From: Antedon mediterranea
Taxonomy: Eukaryota; Animalia; Echinodermata
Assembly (NCBI RefSeq): GCF_964355755.1
Contig: NC_092676.1
Location: 15,704,871-15,768,870, forward strand
DNA length: 64,000 bases
Direction: 5' to 3'
Shown: positions 52,950-64,000 of the stretch, one piece after another
Position numbering within the stretch: the stretch's first letter is position 1
How the letters are laid out: each line of letters starts with the position of its first letter
Translations under genes and position numbers: made by a program
The notes under the pieces: model-generated
Database searches by the model: none
What the model was told of the DNA's origin: nothing
Seen by the model: only the letters and a program-made list of their open reading frames with translations

Positions 52950-55023
52950 CAGAGGTGAGGTGGTAGGTGGTTCAATATCAATACTGCTATAACTAGTGCT
53001 TGGTATATCATGATGTGTTTATATCTATACATTTTCATGTTTTACAGATTTTCAAAAAGTCATTCTTATTGGGCATTATTACTGGAAGGTAAACCAATTG
53101 ATGATCGGAATGCATTAAATTCACTTAAATTGCTTTTTGACATTTTTCTAACTGACTGAGTTGAATGTTTTATTGCACAGTTTTGGCATATAAGATACCT
53201 GTAAAAATTATTATAGGCATTCAAATTCTGTACATAAACAAACATTATCAGTATTACCAGAATCAAGCCTATAGCCAAAGCATTGGTACCAATATATGTT
53301 CAATATCTGGTTTTTCACAGGATGCAACATTGCAGACTAGACTAGTTTTATTTACCTTTGGTTGTCTTAAAAGGCGTTTCTTACAGGCATTACAAATGCA
53401 ATCAATATCAGTTTTTTTTTTTTCAAACTTGATTTTATCTACTACATGGGATACTATAAAACCTTGTTCTAAATGATAATACAATTTATTTGGTCAAAGC
53501 ACATGAGCCTGATGGAGTCCACTATGGTACTGTTCAGTTACTTTTCTTTGGCATACTTCAAATTAAAGCTAGCCTAGGCCTAGATAAATACAGAAGTATA
53601 CTGCCTTTATAGGTTTATTTCAATACATCTGGTGAGCTTGGTACCATCATCTTCTGGTCGAGTGTTAAACACGTCTCCAGCTGGCCTAGCATCAGCATAA
53701 TAGCCTGGGTGGGAGCTGGCTCTTCTCTGACTAGGTCTCTTCTACAAGTTTATCTTGGATTTGCTGTCCAATGATGGAGATAATGTCATTCTGTATACGT
53801 TTAGACGTGTAAGCAGCATTTTTAGCCTGTGTTTCAAGGTGATTGGCGATGCACTTGTCTCCTGCTCTTGCTCTGAACTTCAAAAGGGATATGAAGTTAC
53901 CTGGGTTTCTTTCTGGATCTTTGTTGGTGTCTTTTATTGAATCGGAATGGCCTCTTAGTGGTAGATTTTGCTTTCCACATAGTACTATCCTATCGATGAT
54001 TGAATGTAATATTTGTTTTATTATAGTTGCGTCGGTCTTCAGCAGCTGTATTCAGTTGGACATCTATTGTAGGCTGTTTCTGTTGCATTACACTTACAAA
54101 ATCTTGGACTTTTTGTTGGGCGTCCTTATGATATTTCAGATCACTATGTTCTTGCAAATCAGAAATGCCTTTATGGTACATTCTCCACAATTCTGTAACA
54201 AATTTTCCGCGTAAAGAAGATTTTTCAAAAAGACAACAGTACTTGCAGAAGGCTCCATCGGAAGCACGTGAATATTACGCTTACGATTATAATACGGTCT
54301 TGCTGCGCATATTTGGAAACTTATATATGTCGATCTACAAATAAAACCGAATACATCATTATATAGTTAAATGCATACTAATTTGTACCTGTCTAAACTT
54401 CTGTCACAACCCTAAACCGATCTTCGTCCGATGCATCCTTGCCATGTGTTATCAACATGTTTATGGCTCGATCATTGCAAGTAACTTCTTCGTGTACAAT
54501 GGTGTTCAATGGAGTATCTTCACATGTCGACGTACAAGTATTGTTGGTGCTAGCAGTAGTACCACTAGTACTAGCAGAATAATCATCCTCAATATTAATA
54601 TCTACATCTGAAAAAGGGGGCAACGATTTGACTATCAATACATTATAGAATGATGATACATCTTTAATTTCAGAGTGCCAGTGAATTGGAATGCGAATTA
54701 AGTCCCTAATAAATTATTACTAGGTAGGCCTAATTAATATTAATAATACAATAATAAAAATTAATAATCTACCAATCATTATTTATATGGAAATTAGCAC
54801 TTCTGCCGTCCTGCTAACAATTTTTTTTTATAAATTAACAAAATAGACTAGGTTTAGCCTAGGCCTCAAGTAGGCCTAGTCTAGAGTAGGCCTATCATCT
54901 CTCAGTATAAAAAATAATCATATAATTATATTTACCTGGATCAGCTGTAGTATCGACTGGTGGTGTCTTAGCAAAAAAGCCTGATAAATTAGATTGCTTT
55001 AACCGCTTCGATTTTGGTTCCAT
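52950..55023 (-). mobile_element. Decayed hAT transposase (ZMYM1/DUF4371-like)
   Basis: MEPKSKRLKQSNLSGFF, DGAFCKYC, CGKQNLPLRGH, GNFISLLKFR..GD..NAAYTSKRIQNDII; candidate terminus CAGGGGCGGACGCAGGGG (minus strand) near 58056. Confidence 0.75.
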
Positions 55024-55937
55024 AATAGTAACGTTTTGAAAAAAAAAAACAACCTTACTTTATTTAATGTACGAAATATACGGTGACACAGGGAGATTTC
55101 CAAATTAAGCGCGGTCGTACGCCCTCTAATTAGAGACCAAATAATACATGAGTGTCACGTGGGCCGTGGCGCTACACCAGTCATACGATCATGTGCTGCT
55201 CTGCTGGTCGGTAGAGACACGTATCCACGCGTGTTAAGACTATAAAAGGGTCATTCCATCTCAGTTCACCCAAAAAAAATGGAATTTTAAACCCTACCTC
55301 TTCCAATTTTGATGAAATTTGGTATATGGGTGATTCATAGCAATTAAAGCCAAAATTTCAAATTTTAACTTTATCGGACCAACGGTTTTCAAGATATCGC
55401 AATTTCAATTTTCGGTTTTTACGCAAAAAAGCGCGCGGCCGCCACGTTTCAAAGAGCTGTATCTCGGGAACTATAGGTTCGATTTTAAAAACAAAGGTAT
55501 TTTTGTAAAGGGGAGACCATAAGGAACCTAAATATACTAATTGTGTGTGTTTTATGTTAATTTTAAGTTGAATAAAACTTTGACATATATTTTGACCTTG
55601 AAATTGACCCCGTGGAACACGCCCGATTTGTTGGTGACTATCACGAAAAATGTAGCCCTACGTGACAACTACAACATATAAAAAAATTGGAGGGGTTTTT
55701 TTCTTTGTTTCCATGAAATTACAATTTGAAGTTGACATACCTCTTCCTTTTAGTGTATTTTTGGTGTTGTTATACTTATACACAGTGTGAACACTAACTG
55801 TTAAGGTGTCTTATTGTTACGCTTTCTCATCAGGCCCACTTAAACAGTAGATGTATTTTGATATGAGAAATACTGGGTAACTCACATACTTTTCAAATCA
55901 ATTTTGACACATAGTTTAGTGTCCTTACTATGTTATT

Positions 55938-57124
55938 ATGCACATTAACATATGCATAATAAGTGATTGCAGAGAACATACAACAGTTACTGTATATGCC
56001 TTTTTAAAGGTTGTCATCCCCTATATAAAAACAAAACTACCAACCATGAAAAAAGTTCATTATTTCACAGATGGATGTGGCGGCCAATACAAAAACAAAT
56101 ATAACTTTATTAACCTTTGCCACTACCAGGAAGATTTTGGTTTAGACGCAGAGTGGAATTTTTTTGCTACATCACATGGCAAGAGTGCGTGTGATGGCAT
56201 AGGTGGAACAGTTAATAGGCTTGTCACTAAGAGAAGCTTACAGCGTTTGACTGAATGTCATATTATCACATCTCTCAGTATGTTCGACTACTGTGTAATT
56301 TTTTATTTCTATTTTATGTCTTTAGGCAATGTGGCCAAGGATTATCAATAGTGAATTAGTCACTGTCCTATCAGATAGGTGGTAATCCCCCTGATACAGG
56401 GGCTATTGTGTGAACCAGTTCACCGGGGTAACCCCCTACTCTTTTTCGAATAATGAACTGGGTCCTTTAAAGTACACACATGTTATAACTGTGTACACTG
56501 GACTATGGTTTATAGTCCTTATCCGAGAAGACTTGAAGAGAGGAGCGAGTCGGCCTCGAACCCTTGCCGATGTTGTTTTCTTTTAGGTACGGTAAACGGC
56601 GCCCCTGCCTTAACCGCTCGGCCATATGACTCGCTCATATGGACATTCCAGGCATCAACTTTTTTCATGTGGGAATAGATGAGGTATCTACTGTAGAAAA
56701 AGAAATAAAGCCGAGATTCAACCTCGCCCAGACCATCAAGGGTACATTACAATATCATCGCTTTGTTCCCGTTTCTCTGGCACAGATGCAGGTCTACAAA
56801 CTTAGTACCCAGATAAACCCTCCGGATGTGGTAGTGATTCAAGAATCTTTCAGTGATGAAAATGAAATTGTTGCTGATACACAACCCACCATTATTAGAC
56901 TTAAGAATTTTGTGTGCTGTAGTTATGATGGTGTCCCATGGATTGGTTTGGTGGTGGATGTCTCACTCTCAGAAGAGTTTGGGGATTTTCAAATTAAATT
57001 TATGCATCCTCATGGGTCAGCGAAAACCTTTTATTGGCCGTCCAAAGAAGACTGTTGTTGGATTCCTGAATCAAATGTACATTGTATTATAGCCTCTCCG
57101 TTTATAAATCCTCTCCGTTTATAA
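55938..57124 (+). pseudogene. C-terminal half of a Sola2-type transposase, split by a SINE
   Basis: HYFTDGCGGQYKN, EWNFFATSHGKSACDGIGG, IKGTLQYHRF, FMHPHG..FYWP. Confidence 0.75.
56300..56632 (-). mobile_element. tRNA-headed SINE with Nin/Deu-like conserved core
   Basis: A box TGGCCGAGCGGTTAAG, B box GGTTCGAGGCC; core on plus strand CCCTACTCTTTTTCGAATA..GGTTTATAGTCCTTATCCGAGAAGAC; A-rich tail. Confidence 0.7.
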
Positions 57125-58899
57125 AATCCTCTTCGACTAGGAATTACAGTATTTCCCAAAATGATCGCCACAACATTTCTAAATACTGTTTGAATTGTCC
57201 AGATGACAAGGAGTAAAGGCCAGACATAGACAATTGTAACATTATAATAATATATTTAGTTTGTAAATAAAATTAATTTTGGAATACATCAAATTGACAT
57301 TGAAGTAATGCATGGACAGACACCAAAAATACACTAAAAGGAAGAGGTATGTCAACTTCAAATTGTAATTTCATGGAAACAAAGAAAAAAACCCCTCCAA
57401 TTTTTTTATATGTTGTAGTTGACACGTAGGGCTACATTTTTCATGATAGTCACCAACAAAACGGGCATGTTCCACGGGGTCAATTTCAAGGTCAAAATAT
57501 ATGTCAAAGTTTTATTCAACTTAAAATTAACATAAAACACACACAATTAGTATATTTAGATTCCTTATGGTCTCCCCTTTACAAAAATACCTTTGCTTTT
57601 AAAATCGAACCTATAGTTCCCGAGATACAGCTCTTTGAAACGTGGCGGACGCGCCCTTTTTTGCGTAAAAACCGAAAATTGAAATTGCGATATCTTGAAA
57701 ACCGTTGGTCCGATAAAGTTAAAATTTGAAATTTTGGCTTTAATTGCTATGAATCACCCATATACCAAATTTCATCAAAATTGGAAGAGGTAGGGTTTAA
57801 CTCATTGGGTGATCTGAGATGGAATGACCCAAAACACTGGTCGGCCGGGCCAAATACATGTGTACGCGGTATAATTGACTGTTGGTTAAATTGTACGCTG
57901 CTGTGGTCAATACAATATTCTCTGACAGCCCTGGTATAACGACGTTATTATAGATATGACAGGAAATGGAATCTTTAATAGTGATGAAAAATAATTAGTA
58001 TGAAATTAAGGGTGTTGCCCGGGCAACTGAGGCAACACCCCTGCGTCCGCCCCTGCCTTATATAACGTAATATTGACTTAATATTGAGACCCCCTATATT
58101 ACGTTTTCGAGACACCCCGTCTCGCATTGCGGGAAATATCCATAGTAATATTACTAGGTCTAAAGCAGGTCATGTCGATGCCGGCATGGTGCCAAGACGA
58201 TCCGTTCCTGGCACACAGCTCTGTGAGAAAGGGGCTTAAGTGACCTGTTTGGAAATGGTATAAATTAGTTTACTAGTCTAGTGTACTATAGCCTAGGCCT
58301 AGTCGCAAAATGATTCCGGAATAACTTTTTCATATTGTGATGTCTTGCGCAAAGTCGTGAATATCTCAAATTTCTTGCGTGAAACTACAAAAAACTCGAA
58401 AAGTAGGTTACTTTTAATTTACTATTACGATTTACTTATTGTGATTTAAAAATCATTCATGGTACCATTAACAATTGTAAAGCTAAAATCATTATGATGA
58501 TGATTAAATTACATATCAATCAGATCAAATAGTTTTAATTAGCTTTAATAAAAACATCGAAATTGGCTAAAACCGCTGGCAGTGTTAATGACCAATAAAT
58601 TTAATTAGGCAAATATTATGTGTTCGAAATGAAAGATTATTAAAACTCAACATCACCATAGTGTTTGAAGGTATTATTTTCATGATCATAATGTCAATAA
58701 AACTACACAGCATATTACATTACAATGTTTCCAGATTTGGATTACTATTCAGAACATAAATGCAACCCACCACTGCATTGCCCAAAGGAATCCATTACCC
58801 AAAGGAAACATTAAATTTTATTTAAATGCAATAGAAATAACATTTGAGAGATGGGTGTAAAATAGCTAAGTAGGTTAGACTGCAATATTCAGTACCCAG

Positions 58900-59424
58900 C
58901 TGTTTTATTTTTATTAGGATAATTTTACCCTGGAGTCAAAATGTTCTTCATGTGCTTTACATTTTCCAATTTTCTATCAACTTTCATAATAACTAACCTG
59001 ACGATATTGACAGTGAGCTTCGATTCCGGATTCTAGGCCTGGTATTTAGTGGTGGCATCAATGAATCGCAAATTTGAGTGATTGAAGCAAGTTATTGAAT
59101 TTCGGTAAAATATATTAAATGACCAGTGTGATTTCTGAATAATTTTTTTTTCTTTTTATTTTACAATATGGAAATGATTGAGCATTTTAAAACCTTTAGC
59201 AACAAGCCTTTTACAGTGTTCTCACCAGTTAAGCTTGTTATCAATATAGTCAAACCAAGATACTTATAACTAGATACTATTTTAATCACATCATCATGTA
59301 TCTTAACAGGAGCATGAACCCTACCAGATTTACTAAAATTAACAATAATTTCTTTCATTTTCTTACTCTTTACAACAAGTTTATGGGTATCAAACCACTT
59401 GACAAAATGTGTGGCATATAACAA
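58900..59424 (-). mobile_element. LINE RT C-terminal fragment
   Basis: FVKWFD..KMKEIIVNF..IKIVSSYKYLGLTI. Confidence 0.6.
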
Positions 59425-60699
59425 GATGTAGCCTAGCCTAGAGGCTAACTAAAAAGGCTGCCGATGCATACCATGTTAAATTTCCTCCTCTTTGCTCACT
59501 TTATGCCACAACATCTTCTTAGTGTAGACCTATACTAATTTTCACATGTTCTTTGTTTTTTAGCCTATAAATTCATTTGCCATTACGATACATTTTTAGA
59601 CACATGCATAGTTTTGATTGAGTGCAGAATGTATGAACCTATAGAAATCAATCAAATTTCAACCTAGATTTGTATTAACTAGTTGCTTTACATGAACTGT
59701 ACATAACTATAACAAGCTAGTTGTGCAAACAGCAGTAAAACAACAATTTATGGTGTGTAAATCATTTGGTTGTGTAAATGATAATTTGATTGACATTTTT
59801 TACAATATTACCAGATATATGTTGTAATATATATATTATAAAGTTTGTTTTTTAAAAGGAAATTTTAAATAATTAATTTTAGTTTTATAAATTGGCAACA
59901 CTATTTTATGAAGAACTAATTTTTTTTCCCCCATATATAGCCACATTTTTTTAATTTTCAAGTGACTTTTAATTTCTTTATTGAAAGTTAGTAACTTTGT
60001 GACTACAATATACAATTAAAACGTTGCTAATAACAACACCTTTACCAGGTTTATTGTCTTCTGGCACAAATTCCCACGTTCCTCAATTTTTTTCAGCCAG
60101 CTTTATTTGAAAAATAAAAGATTCAACGGTAAATCCTTTCCATTTGATTACACGTCAACACACCTGTAGGAAACTGCTTCTCAATTTAACTTCTTAGTTC
60201 AGCTTTACAAAGGAACATTAGATGCCTGAATGCATTTTAAAACATCTCCTCAGCTGTATTCACTTGTTTGTATTTATTGTAAAAACTTGTAAACATTATA
60301 TTTCACTGACTTATTTTATATTTCCGCTAATCATATTGAGTGTCATAGCCTGAAGCAATACAAAAATGGCTTCCTAAAACGCCTGTTTTCTTTTGTTTTT
60401 ACGTTATGGGAAATATTTAGGAATGTATTCCCTGTAATTGAGGTGTCATAGTGTTTGATATTGTTTTATATGGAATTATTGGATCAAATTCAGTAAAGTT
60501 TAAGGCTTGAAAAATATTTATGGCAATAAAAAAGAAAGATATTTTATCATTTAATATATTTGAATATATTTAACACTGTATTTCTAAAAAATGACAGAAA
60601 TCGTTAAAAAAAACCAAAAATTCCAAGTAGATTAAATTAAATAATATTAATATCTTCAACATGTGGTAAGTCAAATATAGCTGGAGGGATGATAACTGG

Positions 60700-61620
60700 C
60701 TGATTACTTTCTATATTTGTATTGTCATTAAGTTGATTTGTTATGTTTGGACAAGTCATTCATTATAAAATCGTATTGCAGCAGGGACGAATGAATTTCT
60801 ATATCTATATTTGTTTTCATTTTTCTTTGACGAGATATGAAATGATATACGGGAAGTTTTGATGCATGAATGTCTGATACTACATTTTTTTGTCCGCTTA
60901 TGAGATGAGAGTCGTCCTCCAAATTATTTTTTTTAATTCTGCATCTAGCATCTGTGATATCTTTCACAAATTAAACAATAAACCGATTTAATATTGTGAA
61001 CGTTTTCAGTGAAATGATGCCCTCTTCTGAATGCATGTTATTAGAAGGGTATGTCTTGGTTTCCAAGGATTCTTATTTTCCCACCCTTTTTCCTTTGCCC
61101 ATCCTTTGAAGATGGCTAGAGATTAATTTTCAATGGCGCTGTTCACTTGATTTCCTTAGGTAATCTAGATGATCGATCAGAATTCTTTCTCTTTTTGCCA
61201 CACCAATTTCATCATTAACATGTATAAGTTTAAACCTTCTAACATCAGTGTATCCAATCAATGGACTTTTCTTGTTATCCGTTACAACAAATTTTAGCTC
61301 TATGACTCACCATTTGCTGGATTACGCACACATTTATTGGCGATACCATAAGTTCTGAGTTTTGATCCATTCCACATGGTAAGCATTTTTTCTTGTTGTT
61401 GTAAGTTTTTTGCATATTTCATAGGTATGGTAGCTCCCGTATCAATATAGAATATAACACTTTGCTTATTGATCAGTTTATATTTCAGATCACTGTGTTT
61501 TTTATCTCCTACATATACTTATCACAGTCCTTATTTGAGAAATCTTCATCAGAATCCTGCACATAAGCAATTTTCTTTTTTATCCCTGTTGACACTTGCT
61601 GGACATTTCTCTTTATTCAA
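60700..61620 (-). mobile_element. Highly decayed Gypsy-like LTR retrotransposon (protease region)
   Basis: VIFYIDTGAT retropepsin motif at about 61428-61458, downstream KSPLIG; no LTRs found. Confidence 0.5.
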
Positions 61621-63718
61621 TATCATCACACGTACATCTTAATATGTTAAAAGTTATAGTTGTTTTGGTATTGTTTACCCTAAACAAATTTTTTTTTTAA
61701 TAAGGAAGGGAGATTTTACATGACCATTATGATAAGGCACGTGTGGCGGCCTAATATGAGGCCAACTATTCTGTAGTTTGTTGGTCACTATTGTTACAGT
61801 ATTAAATGGATATACATGAACATCCTTGTTCTGCCTCATTGTTGTAGCCTATTGTTACGTGCCACAGTAAACACGACTCGTCAACAATTTTTGAAAAATA
61901 AAGTAAACTGATTAATTATTGTTGCAACTAGTTTTTAGATAAAATAATTTGAATTCAATATTTAACGGTATTTTGTTACTTTAGACAAATAATGAAGTGT
62001 TTCTATAAACAAATGAAATATTGCTAGCCTATTGTCTGTCCATCACAATATTTGACTCACAATTGGCAAACAATTGCATCTGTAGGAGTTCAGTCAATTA
62101 CACAAAATCAATTGTAGATCAACACCGTCATATGATACTAGCATCTTTATGTCTACTGTGCAAGACAATGTGGTATGGCACAAGAGAACAAAACATTCAT
62201 TTTGTACATTCATTATTCTAACTAGTCATGTGGATATTTGGTTTGTGTCAGTGAGGATATTGACTTGTTAAACAAGTGTTTTAGGATCAACAAAAGATTG
62301 TCTAATATTATATCATCATGTGTTTAATGAAGTGGTGAATTATTAATTTATGAAATCATTGTTAATTGCGAATGCTTTATTCCACCTGTTGCTTGCAGTT
62401 TCTTTCTTTAGTTGAGCTGGAATTTAATTTGTTAGGTATCAAACAGGCGATACTCTTACACAAGCCTGATTGGAGACAATTTGTTTGTGAAAACAATCAA
62501 GCAGCCGGTCCTCGGTTTGGATGAACGTCACCAGACAGAAATGTCTTTCTTTTTTGCCTCTTATCTTCATCCTTTTTATCGAAGAACGAAAGAGGCAAAG
62601 GTTAACCATTCATGGTTTCAATAATGAAAAAAACGTAAACGTATTTGTAAAACAAGATTTCGGCTCTAACCAATAACCAGTGAGTATACTTCCTAGTGAG
62701 GGCGAAATTTAATTTCCAGGTCCTTTGTATTTCATTTAGGTAAAGATATCCTCATGTCTTGTGTGTCAATTTTAGATCCAAGGTCAATTTTTAAAATATG
62801 TTTGAAAGTGTCCAAGGGATTTACTAAGTCAACTAGGCCATTTATCTTTTGGCCAGGCTATGGCGCGCCAAACTGTCATTTATTTAGAAATAAAGATAAA
62901 TAGAATTCTGTCTTTTTAAGAGGGCTATAATTGAGAAAAATATGCCCATATTCTACAGTCCACAGAATGTCTCGGGACTGTTTTTCACTACAAAATGTAA
63001 AATACTTTTTACCTCATTCAAATCATCTGTCTTATTGACAAAATGTACCTCTTTTACACTCCCACTCGTTCGTTCTACCAAATTTTTACCTTCTCCATCA
63101 TCAGATGAGATGAGATGGCTGGTCTACGGTAGCTAGTCAACAACATGTGCGTGTCGATGAAGCAAGTTTGAACATGCTATCATGGAATTTCTTTTTAAGA
63201 AAAGCTTTCCTTGTTTTCGAAATAAATTATCCTAGAATTCCGTCTTTCCAAGGTAATTATCGTGGAAAGACGTAAATTATCTTAAAAAGACGGAATTCTA
63301 TTCCGGAAAGACGTCATAATTACTACTTTATTCCGTGTTCCAAGATAATTTCATGTTGGTATCTCCATGATTTTGCTGTATTTTATAACATTTACTAGTA
63401 TAGCTTATTAGCAGTAAGCCAAGTGTGATTGACAGGTCATTAATAAAGATTTCAAATAAAGCATCAATTGAATTATTTGTATAGAATAATGTAGTAAGAT
63501 CCACGAACTAGATAACTTAAAGTGTGTGTGTCACAAACATTAGATAAGTCATTAACAGTAAACATCAACCAATAATAAAAAATCTCACCCATATGGCACC
63601 CCACAAGATACCTACTCTTTATTTTGTATGGATTTACACAGAAAATATCTTTGATGTCAATAATAAGGTTATACATGTATATGCTCGACTCCTTGGATTG
63701 TAGGCCTATTACTGTAGA

Positions 63719-63834
63719 TCTTTGGGAGTGGAGTAATTTGGTCCTTAGAAAAAATCCTGACATGTGACGTGACTTGAACTCAGGACCCTTGGAGTTGTAG
63801 ACAAGCATCATAACCACAAAGCCACAACTCCACT
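63719..63834 (-). mobile_element. Short tRNA-derived repeat, copy 2
   Basis: Reverse-complement match to 16438-16553. Confidence 0.7.
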
Positions 63835-64000
63835 ATTGTTTGAGGTAAAAATTTATTTACAATTTGTTTATTTAAAGCCAGTATTTACATTGGTGGATTA
63901 GATGTCTTGTATAATATCGCCATGTTTTAGTAATAAAATGAAGCAGAATATTGCAGCTCTGTATGTACCGTACCCCATGCCCAAATATTATGTATTTTTT

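Larger units (their letters stand above)
55248..57830 (+). mobile_element. Sola2-type DNA transposon, internally deleted
   Basis: About 520-bp near-identical TIRs starting GGGTCATTCCATCTCAG; 4-bp TSD AAAA (55244-55247, 57831-57834). Confidence 0.8.

Noticed and set aside
63230-63302. 15-bp inverted repeat TAGAATTCCGTCTTT
   Set aside because: Probably part of an ordinary MITE; boundaries and TSD not resolvable

Overview
AT-rich animal genomic DNA, most likely a marine invertebrate (inferred from spliceosomal introns and the transposon repertoire; not provable here). Two intact multi-exon host genes can be rebuilt by hand. (1) An 8-exon, 409-aa immunoglobulin-superfamily type-I receptor (186-3648, +) with V, C2/I and Cys-less Ig domains, a GxxxG TM helix and a tail with overlapping ITAM-like/ITIM-like tyrosine motifs; it is surrounded by duplicated, alternative or relic exons. 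(2) A 5-exon, 276-aa isopentenyl phosphate kinase (27241-31324, +). Nearly all the rest is nested, decayed transposons: Tx1/L1-, L2- and CR1-like LINEs, foldback/MULE, Kolobok, Helentron-associated, pogo, Academ-like, Harbinger, hAT, Sola2, Gypsy and SINEs. Oddities: a full cloverleaf tRNA with an ATC anticodon inside an inverted-repeat cassette, hammerhead ribozyme cassettes clamped by inverted repeats, a stand-alone P2X7-ballast-like relic and an 18S rRNA fragment. Family names come from motif recognition only, and edges of decayed elements are approximate.
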